Assembly (NCBI GenBank): GCA_951406725.2
Contig: OX597831.1
Span: 25,606,001-25,670,000 of the forward strand
DNA length: 64,000 nucleotides
Source: Octopus vulgaris
Lineage: Eukaryota
Direction: 5' to 3'
The translations under genes were made by a program, and so were the position numbers. Positions 12,172 to 25,140 of the stretch are shown here, piece by piece (position 1 is the stretch's first letter; each line of letters starts with the position of its first letter). The notes beneath the pieces were generated by a model. It saw only the letters and a program-made list of their open reading frames with translations. It was not told where the DNA came from and did not search any database.

Positions 12172-12880
12172 GTATGTATATATATATGAAGGTATGTGTT
12201 CTTTCATATGTCCATTAATTTATGTATATATATATGTATATATATATATATGAACACAATGTGTATCAGGTGCAGTATCAGGTAAAAAAAAATAGAAGCT
12301 CCCTTTGTATTAATATCAATGAATGATGCAGAAATAAACCTGATGTTGCAATCCTGCTGTACTCTAACTGCAGCACCAATATAACTGTAGATTACCTACG
12401 TTCTTTCTTTGATATTCTTAGCTTTATTGTTTATTTATGGAGGTTCATCATTATATTTATCTATATATATATATATATAGATGTTGGTGTGTGTGTGTCT
12501 CTGTCTCCATCTAAGTATGTAGATGTGCATGTCTGCTTGTAGAGAGTGAGATGGAGACACAATGAGACAGGAATGTTGCATTATGTGGGTGTATGTGCAT
12601 CTGTGTGTATGCCTGCATATCTAGCTAGCAAGCTAACTGTGTATGTGTGTATACACGCTCATGTGTGTGTGTGTGAGAGAGAGAGAGCTTGTGAGTATAT
12701 GTGAGAGTCTGTGAGAATGTGTCTGTATGCATAGATAATACACACACATACACGTATATCTACATGGGCTGTATAAATTTGTATGTATAATCATGCATAC
12801 ATTCTTAAAGATGTAAGGTTGGTGTATACGGTTATAAACACACTGTTATATCTGTGTATTTTATACATACATATGCACAT

Positions 12881-12948
<68 letters not shown>

Positions 12949-13080
12949 ACCATGCCAGCAGCATAGGAAAATGATGATGGTGATGATGATGCACATATAT
13001 TCAGATGTACAGACACACACACACACACATGCATACATACACGAATATATGCATGTATATACATGTGTGTGTATATATAT

Positions 13081-13135
<55 letters not shown>

Positions 13136-13544
13136 TATCAACCTACCTCCCCACATACATACATTTACCTTCACATAAATATGTATATATATATATATAT
13201 ATACATTCAAATGTATGTATTATCTTTGCTTTTTATCTGTTTGAATTCTTCCCATAAAGGAGGAGCTGGGTTCTGACAAGGAGACAAAGGTCCTTCACTG
13301 GAATTTTGATAACAACGATGGTGCAGATTTACATGTACTGCATGTACTTGCACACAGTCCCTTGCTCACACACACACACATACACACACACATACACACA
13401 TACATGTGAGTATGTGAGTTCACTATAACTTAAGAAATAGTTCCAGAGCACCATATTCTGCCCATATTAGAATATTCAGCCAGATTCCAAAGCTTTCTCA
13501 CATCTTACCTTGGTTCTTTGTTCTTCATTGTTCTCATCATCTTC

Positions 13545-13850
13545 ATCATCATCATCATCATCGTTTAACGTCCGCTTTCCATGCTAGCATGGGTTGGACA
13601 ATTTGACTGAGGACTGGCAAACCAGATGGCTGCACCAGGCTCAAATCCTGATCTGGCAGAGTTTCTACAGCTGGATGCCCTTCCTAATGCCAACCACTCT
13701 GAGAGTGTAGTGGGTGCTTTTACGTGCCACCAGAACAAGGACCAGTCAGGCAGTACTGGCAACGGCCACACTGAAATGTTTTTTACGTGCCACCTGCACA
13801 GGAGCCAGTCCAGTGGCCCTGGCAACGACCTCGCTCGAATGTTCTTTCAC
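13545..13850 (-). mobile_element. Family C element with two 5' tandem modules
   Basis: (CAT)n CGTTTAACGTCCGCTTTCCATGCTAGCATGGG...GGATGCCCTTCC...TTTTACGTGCCACC (twice). Confidence 0.85.
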
Positions 13851-14856
13851 ATACCATGTATTATTGAGTTTAACCTTCTGGCCATTAAAGATTTTGTTTC
13901 ATTCCTTTCATCATCATCATCGACATCATCGCCAGCATCTTTGTTATCATCATCATCATCATTGGTTTTTCTCTTTTCTGATGCTTGATTGGCTGATCAT
14001 AAATATTTGTCTTGAGTCAGTCAAGTTTCTTTGTCTTGAGGCCATTGTTAGTGTAGACTGGTATAGAAACACTTCAGTGACTGAGTGAACAGAATACAGG
14101 ACACATTGAATAATGTTAGCTGAAATATATTATATTTCAAATGGGATGTTCATGGCTGGAATGCCTTTGATCGCAGGTCTGCTGGATTGGTGCTGACCTG
14201 GCCCTAGCCATCATGACAAACAGCAACATAGAGAGGGAGCTCGTGTGTAGAAGTAGGAGTCATATCTTACTTAAATCATGTCCTGATCATCATCATTATC
14301 ATTTAACGTCATGTGGACCCCATTTGTGAGCCACTGCACTATACCTTAAAAGCATATGAGGTGGTCAAGACTAACTATCTTTCATCAAAGCTTTGCTTTT
14401 ATATTGCAACATAACACTCTTTTACAACTCTGTTCTACTTTTAATTAACCTTAATTTAATTCTGGTGTTGTCTCTCTAGCTTTTTTGCTCACAATTAGTA
14501 TTTTAGATAATAATTTCTTTTTCCTCATCACTCAGAATGTAATTTTTAATTAATTAAACTTTCTTGAGTTACTACATTAAATATATTACCATCCACTAAC
14601 TTGTTTCGCTAATTTACACAAAGTGTTGGCAAGAAACACCCAGGAGAACTGAATAGCTGAAGGTCTTAAGAAAAGAAGCCCTTCTTGGGCAAGTGTTTCA
14701 GCCCTTAGTTTCATACACTCAAAAGGGCTAGGCCACAGCCAGGTCATGACTCCTGGATGCCCTTCTGCTGACACTTTTTAGACCCTTGACTATCAGAGAC
14801 AGGTTCATGTAAATCACCTGGAGGATAATGAAAGGTATCTACAAGCTCCACTTCAG

Positions 14857-15060
14857 CTGTTCAAGAATTTGGACCTGGAGATCTCCATTTCCGACTTCGA
14901 GGGCTACCTCCCAGTGGTATTGGGCGTCTATGAAGAGCCCTCCACTACAACAAGACGACCAAAGTTTGTTTTTTTTCCCCAAGGTGTGGGGTCTCCCACC
15001 CCTAAGCCCTAGACCATCACCTAATCACCCTTACCCTTCTTGTTGCTTAACAACAACAAC
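14857..15060 (+). mobile_element. Family G retroelement with 13-bp TSD
   Basis: TSD AGCTCCACTTCAG at 14844-14856 and 15061-15073. (AAC)n tail. Confidence 0.85.
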
Positions 15061-15439
15061 AGCTCCACTTCAGGGAGGTTATTCACTGCAGGTTGTTTCA
15101 TCCCCAACTCAGTGACAACCATACATAGAGGAATCCTCTACCAGTAGTCCATCTCTTCCTCAATCCCTCCCCCCTTCTTCGGTATTCTAACTGTTTACAT
15201 ATTTACTCAGACAAATAATCTTATTCAGTTTTCATAATGAAGATTGGCATAATTCATTTTTCAAGGAAGATGGAAACAAAAACGAGGGGGAAAAAAAAAA
15301 CAAAGGTATTTCTATCGTTAATTTAAGCCAGAATATTTACCAGCTAATTACCACCCACACCTACCAACTAACCCACCTAGGCCAGTTCCACCACATGCAC
15401 ACTTAATACACTCTGATGTCTGTCATGTTAACAACACAT

Positions 15440-15458
15440 TATACATTATATATATGTG

Positions 15459-15494
<36 letters not shown>

Positions 15495-15557
15495 GTATAT
15501 ATGTGTTTGTATATATGTGTGTGTGTATATATATATGTATGTGTGTATATGTGTATG

Positions 15558-15592
<35 letters not shown>

Positions 15593-15965
15593 ACATATAT
15601 GTGTATGCAAATATAAGTATGTATATATATAAGTGTGTGTATATATATATGTATGTATGTGTATATGTATATATAAATATATAGATATATATGCATGTAT
15701 GTGTATGTATATATACATATATAAATATATATATGTATGTATATGTATGTATGTATGTATGCATATATGCATGTATGTGTATGTATATATATGTATGTAT
15801 GCATATATATTCATATATATATATATAAATAAATATGCATATATATATTTATATATATATGTATACATAAATATGTAAGTATATATATATGTACGTATAT
15901 ATATGTATATATATACATACATATATATATATATATATATACATACATACACACACACACATATA
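15440..15965. repeat. Compound (TA)/(TG)/(TATG) microsatellite
   Basis: Direct reading. Similar blocks at 3480-3740, 12860-13205, 46960-47290, 61085-61345 and 62920-63190. Confidence 0.95.
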
Positions 15966-16592
15966 AGATATTTACACACTTTTTGGAGCAGATTATAAAG
16001 ACATTTACAGCAGACAAATTCTACAGCGTGTGCTCACCCATCTTTTGTCAAATTGCTGCTATTTGAGAAGGAAAATTAAAACTAACACTACTTAGATGAA
16101 TTAAAACCAAACCAAGCTCCGGTATTTTTCTTCTTCTTTAATCTGTTACATATTCTCTACTTTGTATGTCTGTCACTTTTGATTTTCTTGTCGCCTGCAC
16201 TTTGCTGGCAATTCCTGCAGTCAGTCTCATGTGCATTGATTGACACTGAATATTGAATGTAACGTTTTACAGATGACAGCACAACAATGATTTTAAATAG
16301 CTGAAGCATAATTTTAAAGAACCTAAATCAGCAGATTATTCGAAAATCACATGTTTAGTGAATGTTAGGTAATTGAATCAACAAGGAAGCCTCTGCATTC
16401 TTTTAAGTGACCACGTAGAAGTTGTGACCAAATCTGCCTTAAATCACATTGTAGAACAATGTACTGTTAAATACACTGGCCTGATTCTCTGTTAAGACAA
16501 CAAGCGTTCCAGTTGATTTGATCGATGGAATGGTCAGCTCATGAAATCGACAAGCAAGTGACTGACCACTATCCAGACATGCTTACCTTTAA

Positions 16593-17157
16593 CCCTTTAG
16601 CATTCAAAATGACCATATCATCATCATCATCATCATCATCATCATCGTTTAACGTCCGTTTTCTATGCTAGCAAATGTTGGACGGTTTGACCGGGGACTG
16701 AGTAGCCAGGAGGCTGCACCAGGCTCCGGTCCGATCTGGCAGTGTTTCTACAGCTGGATGCCCTTCCTAACGCCAACAACTCCATGAGTGTAGTGGGTGA
16801 TTTTTATGCGTCACGACCAGTTGGTGCTTTTTACGTGCCACTGGCACGGAAGCCAATCAAGGTGGCACTGGTATCGGCCACATTCGGACGGTGCTTTTTA
16901 CGTGCCACCAGCACAGGTATCACAACTACAATTTCCATTTGATTTTTATTTTGATGTTGATGTACTTGACCCAATAGGTCTCTTCAAGCACACGTCTCCT
17001 CAATCTGGCCAAAATATTCTGCCTCTTTTACACCTTCTCTACAATATCAAAGTAATGATAAACAATCACATCATTGAAATCTCAAAGTTACGAGATAGTG
17101 TATGATTAATTCAAGACAATGTGAATAAATAAATATTAGATTTTACCAAGTAATCTT
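16593..17157. mobile_element. piggyBac-type MITE family 2, interrupted by a family C element (16618-~16990, -)
   Basis: TTAA|CCCTTTAGCATTCAAAATGACCATATC, resuming at TCTGGCCAAAATATTCT...AAACAATCACATCATTGAAA...GTAATCT. Aligns to 33944-34163. Right TIR lost. Confidence 0.7.
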
Positions 17158-18547
17158 GTACATGTGTGTGTATTTCACCAATCTATATCAGTAAATAAAT
17201 AATATAAACTCCGAAAACCAAAATGGTGTTTGACACACAAAGTCCTTTGAGATTTTTGTTCCACATCGAGTTACAGATACTCCCTTGTCACTCTTGCTAT
17301 CAGAAATACAGTGAACCTGTGATTACTCCATTGAAATCCCAGTAACCAATGACACCTATGTTCATTTATCACAGTGTCAAATAGAAATAAAATAAGATAA
17401 CTAAAATAAAATAAGAAAAGGCTTCTAAAATATCTGAGCAAACTTCTGGTATTGATCAGGTATTGGCAAATGAATGGTTTTAGAATTTCTATTCTGAATA
17501 TGTAGCTTTGATATTTCTGGCCTTCCACAGTGTAAATATTAGTTTCAATTTGGAGAAATATGGATAAAAATGTAAAGATGTGTTTTGAGATTAATTTCAC
17601 TATATTACCTTAGGTAATTCAGTTGTAAGCTTAGTGCCCCTAGAAAAAACCTTATGTATTAAAACAACAAATCTCTGTCAGCCTTATTTAGAGTGGATTG
17701 CAATCTTAGAACAAGTATAATTCATTTAACGGAAAGCACTTTGAGGTAACAGAGCAGAGATTTTTTTTTTCTGAGTGCTTTCTTAGATACTGGTTAACAA
17801 AAAAAAAAACAAAAAAAAAGAAAGAAACGGTAAAATACATCTGATATTATTTCTATCCAATAGAATATTTGTTTAGCTTTCATACGAAAGACAAATATGA
17901 TACTAATTGCTTTTGAGTGTTAATCAATAGAAATATATGAGATTTTCCTCTAGCAATCCGGTATTTTATCCAGCATTGTTGTTCGTAATACCAGTGAGTA
18001 CCATAGAAGTGGAGATAAATTCCCACCTAATTCACATTATAATGAAACTTCAATTACCAGTTGAAGACCGTTTCATATCGCTTGCGTTACTAAGGCTCTT
18101 GTGAAAAGCATAATAAACATTTCGAGTACTGGTATTTCTCTCTTTCAGTTTTTTTGTTTTGTTTTGTTTTTTTTTTTTTTTTTGTACCTGAGTTAATCAA
18201 AAGCAGAATGCCTTTGACCCTTTTGTTGTCTCTCCCTCTCCTCTTGAAACTGGAAAGAAGCTATCATTGAACCAGAGACTTGTCCTGGTGACTTACAACA
18301 GGGTATACTCTATTAAAATCTCCCAAGGGCCTAGGGGAGTAGTGAAACTGGGTTATGGATTAAATCAACAGAATACCATTATGTAGACTATAGAGGAATT
18401 GTCAGAATGGTGAATTGGCAGAGTCCTTAGAGCAGAGGTCAGGAACATTTTTAACCAACTACCCTAAAATATATTTATTTATGCAGACATTACTCCCTTG
18501 ATTTGAAAGGAAGAAAATCATAGATAAGAAAGGTAATTTTTTATATA

Positions 18548-18855
18548 ATGTTGTTTGTTCCTTCTCGAGCCATGTGTGGTTCATAAGGACTGGTTTCCCG
18601 GTTTCCTTGGCATATAGGTTCCCCACCTGGATGGGATGCCAGTCTGTTGCAGGTGAGCTACAAGATGCAGGAGGAAAGAGTGAGAGAAAGTTGTGGTGAA
18701 AGAGTAAGCAGAAGTTCGCCATTACCTTCTGCCGGAGCAGCGTGGAGCTTAAGTGTCTTGCTCGTAAACACACTCATTGCCTGGTCTGAGATTCGAACCC
18801 ATGATCCCTCGACCGTGAGTCTGCTGCTCTAACCACTGGGCCATGTGCCTCCACT
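18548..18855 (-). mobile_element. Family D SINE (middle 1 + tail 1)
   Basis: Homologous to 5975-6290. GGTTCGAATC B-box on -. Confidence 0.8.
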
Positions 18856-20504
18856 TGTATAATGTTACTTACTTCTAATGAGTCCTCGTTACCCACAAGA
18901 ATTTCATTTTTACCTCACTTGGGATAATTTGAATCACTAACACAAATTTTATAGTGATTTGTAACTAGTTCACTTTAATCAACTATTTCTCTTATTCTGG
19001 AAATGAATTAACATCACAGCTTCAATTTATACCTGTTTTAAAACCTCCACTTGTGTGTAGCCTTTTCACTAGCTAATTAGTAGTGTATAAAAATTAGTTG
19101 ACATTAATCTAAAATAATCCTAAAGATATATATACATACATATATATATATATACATACATACACACACATATATATATATATATTTAATATATAGGATT
19201 ATATAATAAATTTTAATATACAGGATTATTTCAGATTAGTCAAAATTATTCCATTCCCAGCTAATCTTTAACAAGCCAATGAAGAATGCCCACACAGGTA
19301 GTCAGCCTGCTACTGTCTCATATTATTATGTCTGAAAATAAAAGACAGAATGGTGATGATTGGAATATCTTTGGTCATAGAGCTACTCAACCAGAGCTAT
19401 CCTGCAGCTACACAAACAACAACATTTTAACAAATATTTCTTAAATAACACATGCAGTATCATCTTAAAAATAGATAAGACGCATTAAATTATGTAGTCC
19501 CAGATACACAGTATCTGAGAAAAAGAGATTTAAATACTTTTAATCATTGGTTTGTCCAATTAGGACTGGCCTGGGGGTTTTATATGCAAATACATTATAA
19601 TTTAATGCTCATTTGTCATGCTGGCAAAGGTTGAATAGTTTGACAGTAGGTGGCAAACCAGAGGACTGTGTTAAGTTGTACTCTCTGCTTTCATGTGGTT
19701 TCTATGGCTGGATGCCCTTCCTAATGCCAACCACTTTACAGAGGGTACTGGGTGCTTTTTATATGATACCAGCACTTGTGAGTTCGCCAGATAAATTGTA
19801 AGACAAAGAACCTCTCAGATGAGGAGTGACATAGAGGGAGGTGGCTTAGTGTCCAGTAATAACAGATTAAACTACAAGAGAGGGACAGAAATAAGTGCTT
19901 TGCTGTAGAGAAGATACATGGTTGCCTTATTTGGAGGAGGAGATAGATAAATAAATAGACAGAAAGAGAGAGAGAGAGTGAAGATTATATTAAATGCTAT
20001 GTTGTATGAGTTGTATCTGATTCAATGCTTGTCAGTCTATTATATTCTCTATGTAATGAATTCTTTATAACATGTCAACTATTATTAGCTAATTCATACA
20101 ATACTTATATACTGAACTGGCAGAGAGTCAAAGGAGACTTGAAGATGGAATATTCCACTTCCTAATCCTATTCTCTCATTAACCTAGTATTCTGTTATCC
20201 CAAATACAATACTAAATCTACAACAATACTAAGTATGTTTGTATAAACTCAAGTCCCTAATGGATAACTGTGCGTTGAGATGGGGATGGGGGTGGAGATT
20301 CTAATTAAAGCAGATTTGATAACTGGATTCATGGAATGATCTGTAAAAAACAGTTTCTCTCATACTGGTTGACTGGAAGAACCATTCAATCATTGGAAAA
20401 ATTTCATGAAATATTTTGAATACTTTATATTCAAAGTTCAAATTTTATGGAGAAACCAACTTTACCTGTCATACTTCCAGAATTAATAAAATATAGTATC
20501 AGTT

Positions 20505-20735
20505 ATCAATATGGAGCTATGGCAAAGAACAAATGAAGTTTCGATTAGTGAGCAAATATTTAAGAAAAACTGGAAGTGGATTGGTAGCACAATTAGAAAA
20601 GACACACCAAATGTAGCAAAAAGTGCTTTACAGTGGAAACCGGATGGATATAGAAGGAGAGGTAGGCCTAAGAACTCGTGGCGGAGATCAACACAAAAGG
20701 AACTAGAGAAAGGGGGACATTCATGGCAGAGTATA
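20505..20735 (+). pseudogene. RTE-clade LINE ORF C-terminal fragment
   Basis: ELWQRTNE...WKWIGSTIRK...AKSALQWKPDGYRRRGRPKNSWRRS matches the W.GH..R / W.P.G.R.RGRP..W signature of RTE elements. Confidence 0.85.
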
Positions 20736-21859
20736 AGTACAGAGTATAAGTACAGTATCTTGCCTCTAGCAAGCTACTGCTCACTTTCTCCACATCAGGA
20801 CAATGAAATTCATCACCACTACCAACCCTTATTGCATCTAATGCCGACAATGACAACATCATAATTCATCCTTGCGCATGTAAACTCACTAAATGAATAT
20901 GACTTAACGTTCCTACAGAAACCTTCATTTACCATATACGATGTTTAATGTCGTTTCACATTCAGGTTGAATTATGCAGCAATCTTATGTTCTCTTCATA
21001 GAACACTTGTAATGTATGTATTAGCAGTTCTTTTAGAATAGTAGATTTTTGCTATTCTTGTTCATGTCTCCTCACAGACTTGTATATTCTAACAAGCTGC
21101 TTCTTAAATTTCACACCTCTCTTGTTCAGTAAACACTAAGTTAAACTTGCAAAACTGTCTTATTTTCTCCTTACAATTTTTAATGTTTGTTTTAGTGGGT
21201 TATCAAACTATCAGTTGGGTCTCCTGGTTAAAACGGTAATGACAAATTTTAAAGTTGGCTTGACATTTTATAATTGTGAAAGAAAAGAAAATTTCAGTAC
21301 TCCATATCAAAGGTTCCGACAAGAATAGGCAGAAAATCAGAGCTTGAGACAAGAAGACATTTTCCACCAATCAGATTTCTGTTTACATAATCAGTTTGAT
21401 TGGTCACCTTCCTCTGTCGGTTGAGTAAAGTGTCATCTAAGCTGGTTTTTATTGGTAATTAAACTTATTTTGCAACACTTGTGCGTATTTGTCAGCTTTG
21501 TTTTTGTTGATAAGAATTATCAACAACTTTTCCTGTGATTGTAATTTGAGAGAACATACAAAAGTATGCTAAAGATCAGATATAATCTCTTGTGGGCAGG
21601 AAATGTAAAATAAAGTTTATTATAAACACAAACACTTCCTAATTTAATAGCTTTCAATGTGATACCTGTTAAACAGAAATTATTTATATTTAATGAGAAT
21701 TTAATAAAATCTAATCATAAGTAAGAATGACTACTACACATCCCCAAAGAATCTTTGGAAGAGAATGATTTCTCACTTTACATATGGATATTCATCAATG
21801 GTCACCCTATGATGATGACGAGACATCTCCATCTTTTTTCTCCTCATTTATCTTTTCTT

Positions 21860-22186
21860 TGTGAAGGTGCATGGCTTAGTGGTTAAAGTGTTCAGTCAAC
21901 GATTGTAGGGAACATGAGTTCAATTCCCGGCAATGCATGGTGTCCTTAAGCAAGACACTTTATTTCATGTTGTTCCAGTCCACTCAGCTGGCAAAAACAA
22001 GTTGTATATGTATTTTAAAGGGCCAGCCCTGTCACACTCTGTGTCACGCTGAATCTCCCTGTTAACTATGTAAAGGGTACACATGTCTGTGGTGTGCTCA
22101 GCCACTTACGCATTAATTTCACAAGCTGGTTGTTCCATTGATCGGATCAACAGTAACCCTCATTGTCGCAACTGATGGAGTACCAG
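21860..22186 (+). mobile_element. Family D SINE (middle 2 + tail 2)
   Basis: TGGCTTAGTGGTTAAAG A-box, GAGTTCAATTCC B-box, GTGTCCTTAAGCAAGACACTT, CCAGTCCACTCAGCTG. Confidence 0.8.
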
Positions 22187-23384
22187 TATCTTTTCTGTAG
22201 AATAATATAGGCGAGAAAGATTGAGACCTTGCCTTTCACCACTTTTGGGGTCGATAAAATAAGTACCAGTTGAGCACTAGGTAGTACAAGCTTCTGAGTA
22301 TCAACCTAATGTACCCTACTTATTTGGATTTTACCCATCTTTTTTTTTTTTTGTAACACAAGGATAAGGACAAAACTATCCTCTTTTTAGATTAGAACCT
22401 GAAAACATATTTTTAAACTGTCGATAGCATTATACATACCCAGGAATAAGAGACCCAGTGAAAATCATTGATCAAACTACTATAAACATAAAATAGATAT
22501 AATATTGTAAATATACCCTGTAGAGTTGAGGTCAATAGTATATCAAGTTACGATATTAATATCATCAATACATTTCTTATATTTCGATAGAAAACATGGT
22601 GTTAACAGTCAGAAAAAGTTTCCCAGGAATACTCATAAAAGAACTCTTGTCAAAAATGTTGGCAGGAGGGATTTTATTTTTGGGTATATTTTTTCTTTTT
22701 TTTCATTGGTAATCTTGACAGATTGGGGGAAATATTGGAAATAAAATATTTATAAATCAATGACTTAAGAATCAACTTGTCATTATAAGATTTGACAGAA
22801 TGGGTTCCACTCCTTAGAAAAAAAATTTTGTAGAGTGTTTTGTAACTATTTAGGAAATGTTTATTCTGTTGTTGGTTATAGAATAGTGTCTTGTTATTTG
22901 TTATCTTCATCTTCAACATAGTAATTTCCAATCTCCATTTCCAGTGTATGGAATAGAAAACAACTATTTCCTGAGTCTTGAGGATATTTTGAAAGATGGT
23001 ACTTAGCTCTGGTTTCATAGCATGAAACAAATAAGAAGAGTCTTTTCCGCTCCTAGCTATGATGTTAGATTATCAACACAAGTAAAATAATGTTGTCAGT
23101 CAACCTGAGGTATTGTAAAATAAAGTAATCTGTCTAGAAACTCACTGAAATGCTTGCAGCACGTCTAAGCTTCTAATCTGTGAGAAAGTAGTTCGATACC
23201 GTATTTACACAGCCTCTTTGCTTCTCCTGATCATATAAGGTCACCGCATACAAGACACACTTTGTAATTGGTGTATTATGAAATGCAATTATGGTGTAAT
23301 TGTTGGCACACTGGACAAGATGTTTTGCAGCATTTTCACCACAGTTTTATTTTCTGGTATTGCAATATCAATAAATGAAGTGGT

Positions 23385-23824
23385 TGATGCCAGCATCATG
23401 TAAAAGACACCTGTGCATCATAGTTGTGGTTACTAATCGTTCCATGAAAACTGGTACCCAGGAATCATGGTCGTTGACAGTGCCATGTATATGGCACCTG
23501 TGAATTGTAGTCATTGCTGGTGCCAAGCAAATGGCACCCATGAATCATAGTTGTGGTTGCTGCCGGTGCCATGCAAATGGTACCCACCCATGAATTGTTG
23601 TCATGGTCATTGCCAGTGACACGTAAATGGCTCTCATGCCAGTGGCACGTAAAAACCACCCTTTACACTCCTGGAGTGGTTGACATTAGGAAGGGCAGCC
23701 ATCTGTAGAAACCATGCCAAATCAGACTGGAACCTTGTGCGGCTCTCCGCCTCATCAGCTCCACTCAAACCATCTAACCCATGCCAGCATGGAGATCAGA
23801 CGTTAAATGATGATGATGATGATG
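23385..23824 (+). mobile_element. Family C element with degenerate ~40-bp 5' tandem array
   Basis: Repeated TGCCRGTGCCAYG.AAATGGCACC units, then GTGGCACGTAAAAACCACC, GGAAGGGCA and a (GAT)n tail. Confidence 0.8.
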
Positions 23825-24157
23825 TCAGCAAATCCATGAGCTTCCTTTTATGTTGAAAATGCTCAAAAATATTTCTGCAACAATTAGGATCAACCAATTA
23901 TTAAAGGGAGTCAATATGTGTAATTCATTAAGTTAGATACATAGACAGGAATACAGAAATGTTAGCATCGAGGGAGTGCAACTAAGCCACCTTTTTACCT
24001 TTCCTATGATAATTTGAAATGAGCCGATGAGGTAGCCTTTGTGTGGTCACTAAACATACTAGAAATAACAGCTAATCTTTCTAATCACTCTGTGTCATCT
24101 TGAAAATTGGGAAGATATTCATTAATTAATGTAGTTTAGTGTATCTCCACCACAAAT

Positions 24158-24277
24158 TGGATAGTCATGGCTGCAATGTCTTTGGTCTGGAGAGTCATGG
24201 TTGCAATGTTTTTGGTCTGGAGAGTCATGGTTGCAATGTTTTTGGTCTGGAGAGTCATGGTTGCAATGTCTTTGGTC
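24158..24277. repeat. 30-bp minisatellite x4 inside a family E copy
   Basis: TGGAGAGTCATGGTTGCAATGTYTTTGGTC repeated. Confidence 0.9.
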
Positions 24278-24544
24278 ATAGATTTGCTTCATCGGATTTG
24301 ATTTGGTTGTACATACGGCCACACTGCCAAATGAGGAAACTTCTATAAAGTGGTTTGATCTGCTAGAAATATCAGCCAAATTATCCTCTCGTATCACATT
24401 TTATCATTTTGAAAAGTAAGACACAATACTTGTAAAATTATTACATTTGGGAATACAAAAGACTGAATGGCCACAGATCTGAATGTGTCTCTAAACACAG
24501 GTCTGTTGAATCCAAGCCAATTTGAAGTTAAGCTAGTAGAACAG

Positions 24545-25140
24545 CACTCCACCATCTCCATCACCACTGCCAACAACAAGAACGACAACAACAATTGTAC
24601 CAACAACAACACAATCACGAACAACAACATAACATCCACCACCACCAACAACAAGAGCACAACCACCACCGTCATCACCACCACCAACAACAACAACAAC
24701 ACAATTACCATCGACAGCAACAAAACATCCATCAACAATAACAACAATGATAACAAGAGCACCACCACCACCACATCATTACCACCACCACCACCATCAA
24801 CAACAACAACAGCAACAACACAATCACCCTGGACAGCAACAAAACATCCACCATCAACAACAAGAGCAGCACCACCATCAACAGCAACAGAAGCACCAGC
24901 AACAGCAGCTGAACTACCATCAACACCACTACCTCCAAAACCATTCTACCACCACCACCATCAACAACAACAACAGCAACAACACAATCACCCGCGACAG
25001 CAACAAAACATCCACCATCAACAATAACAACAACAAGAGCATCACCACCAGCACCAGCAGTTGAACTACCATCAACAACACTACCACCAAAACCATTCTA
25101 CCACCACCACCAGTAACAACGTCAGCACCACCATACCATC
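24545..25140. repeat. (CAA/CAC)n low-complexity tract with ~165-bp higher-order duplication
   Basis: CACAATCACC..GACAGCAACAAAACATCCACC...GAACTACCATCAAC...AAAACCATTCTACC occurs twice (~24790-24960 and ~24955-25110). Confidence 0.85.

Noticed and set aside
12335-12395. CCTGATGT...TGCTGTA/TGCAGCA hairpin in a (TA)n-flanked insert
   Set aside because: Too degenerate, with no GAAA. A decayed PLE end cannot be excluded.
21366-21404. Inverted CCAATCA pair
   Set aside because: 10-bp arms only, with no promoter or element boundaries to support it.
24467-25064. 186-aa Thr/Asn/Gln-rich ORF
   Set aside because: Starts in a family E remnant and runs through a CAA/CAC tract. The duplicated units are read in different frames.
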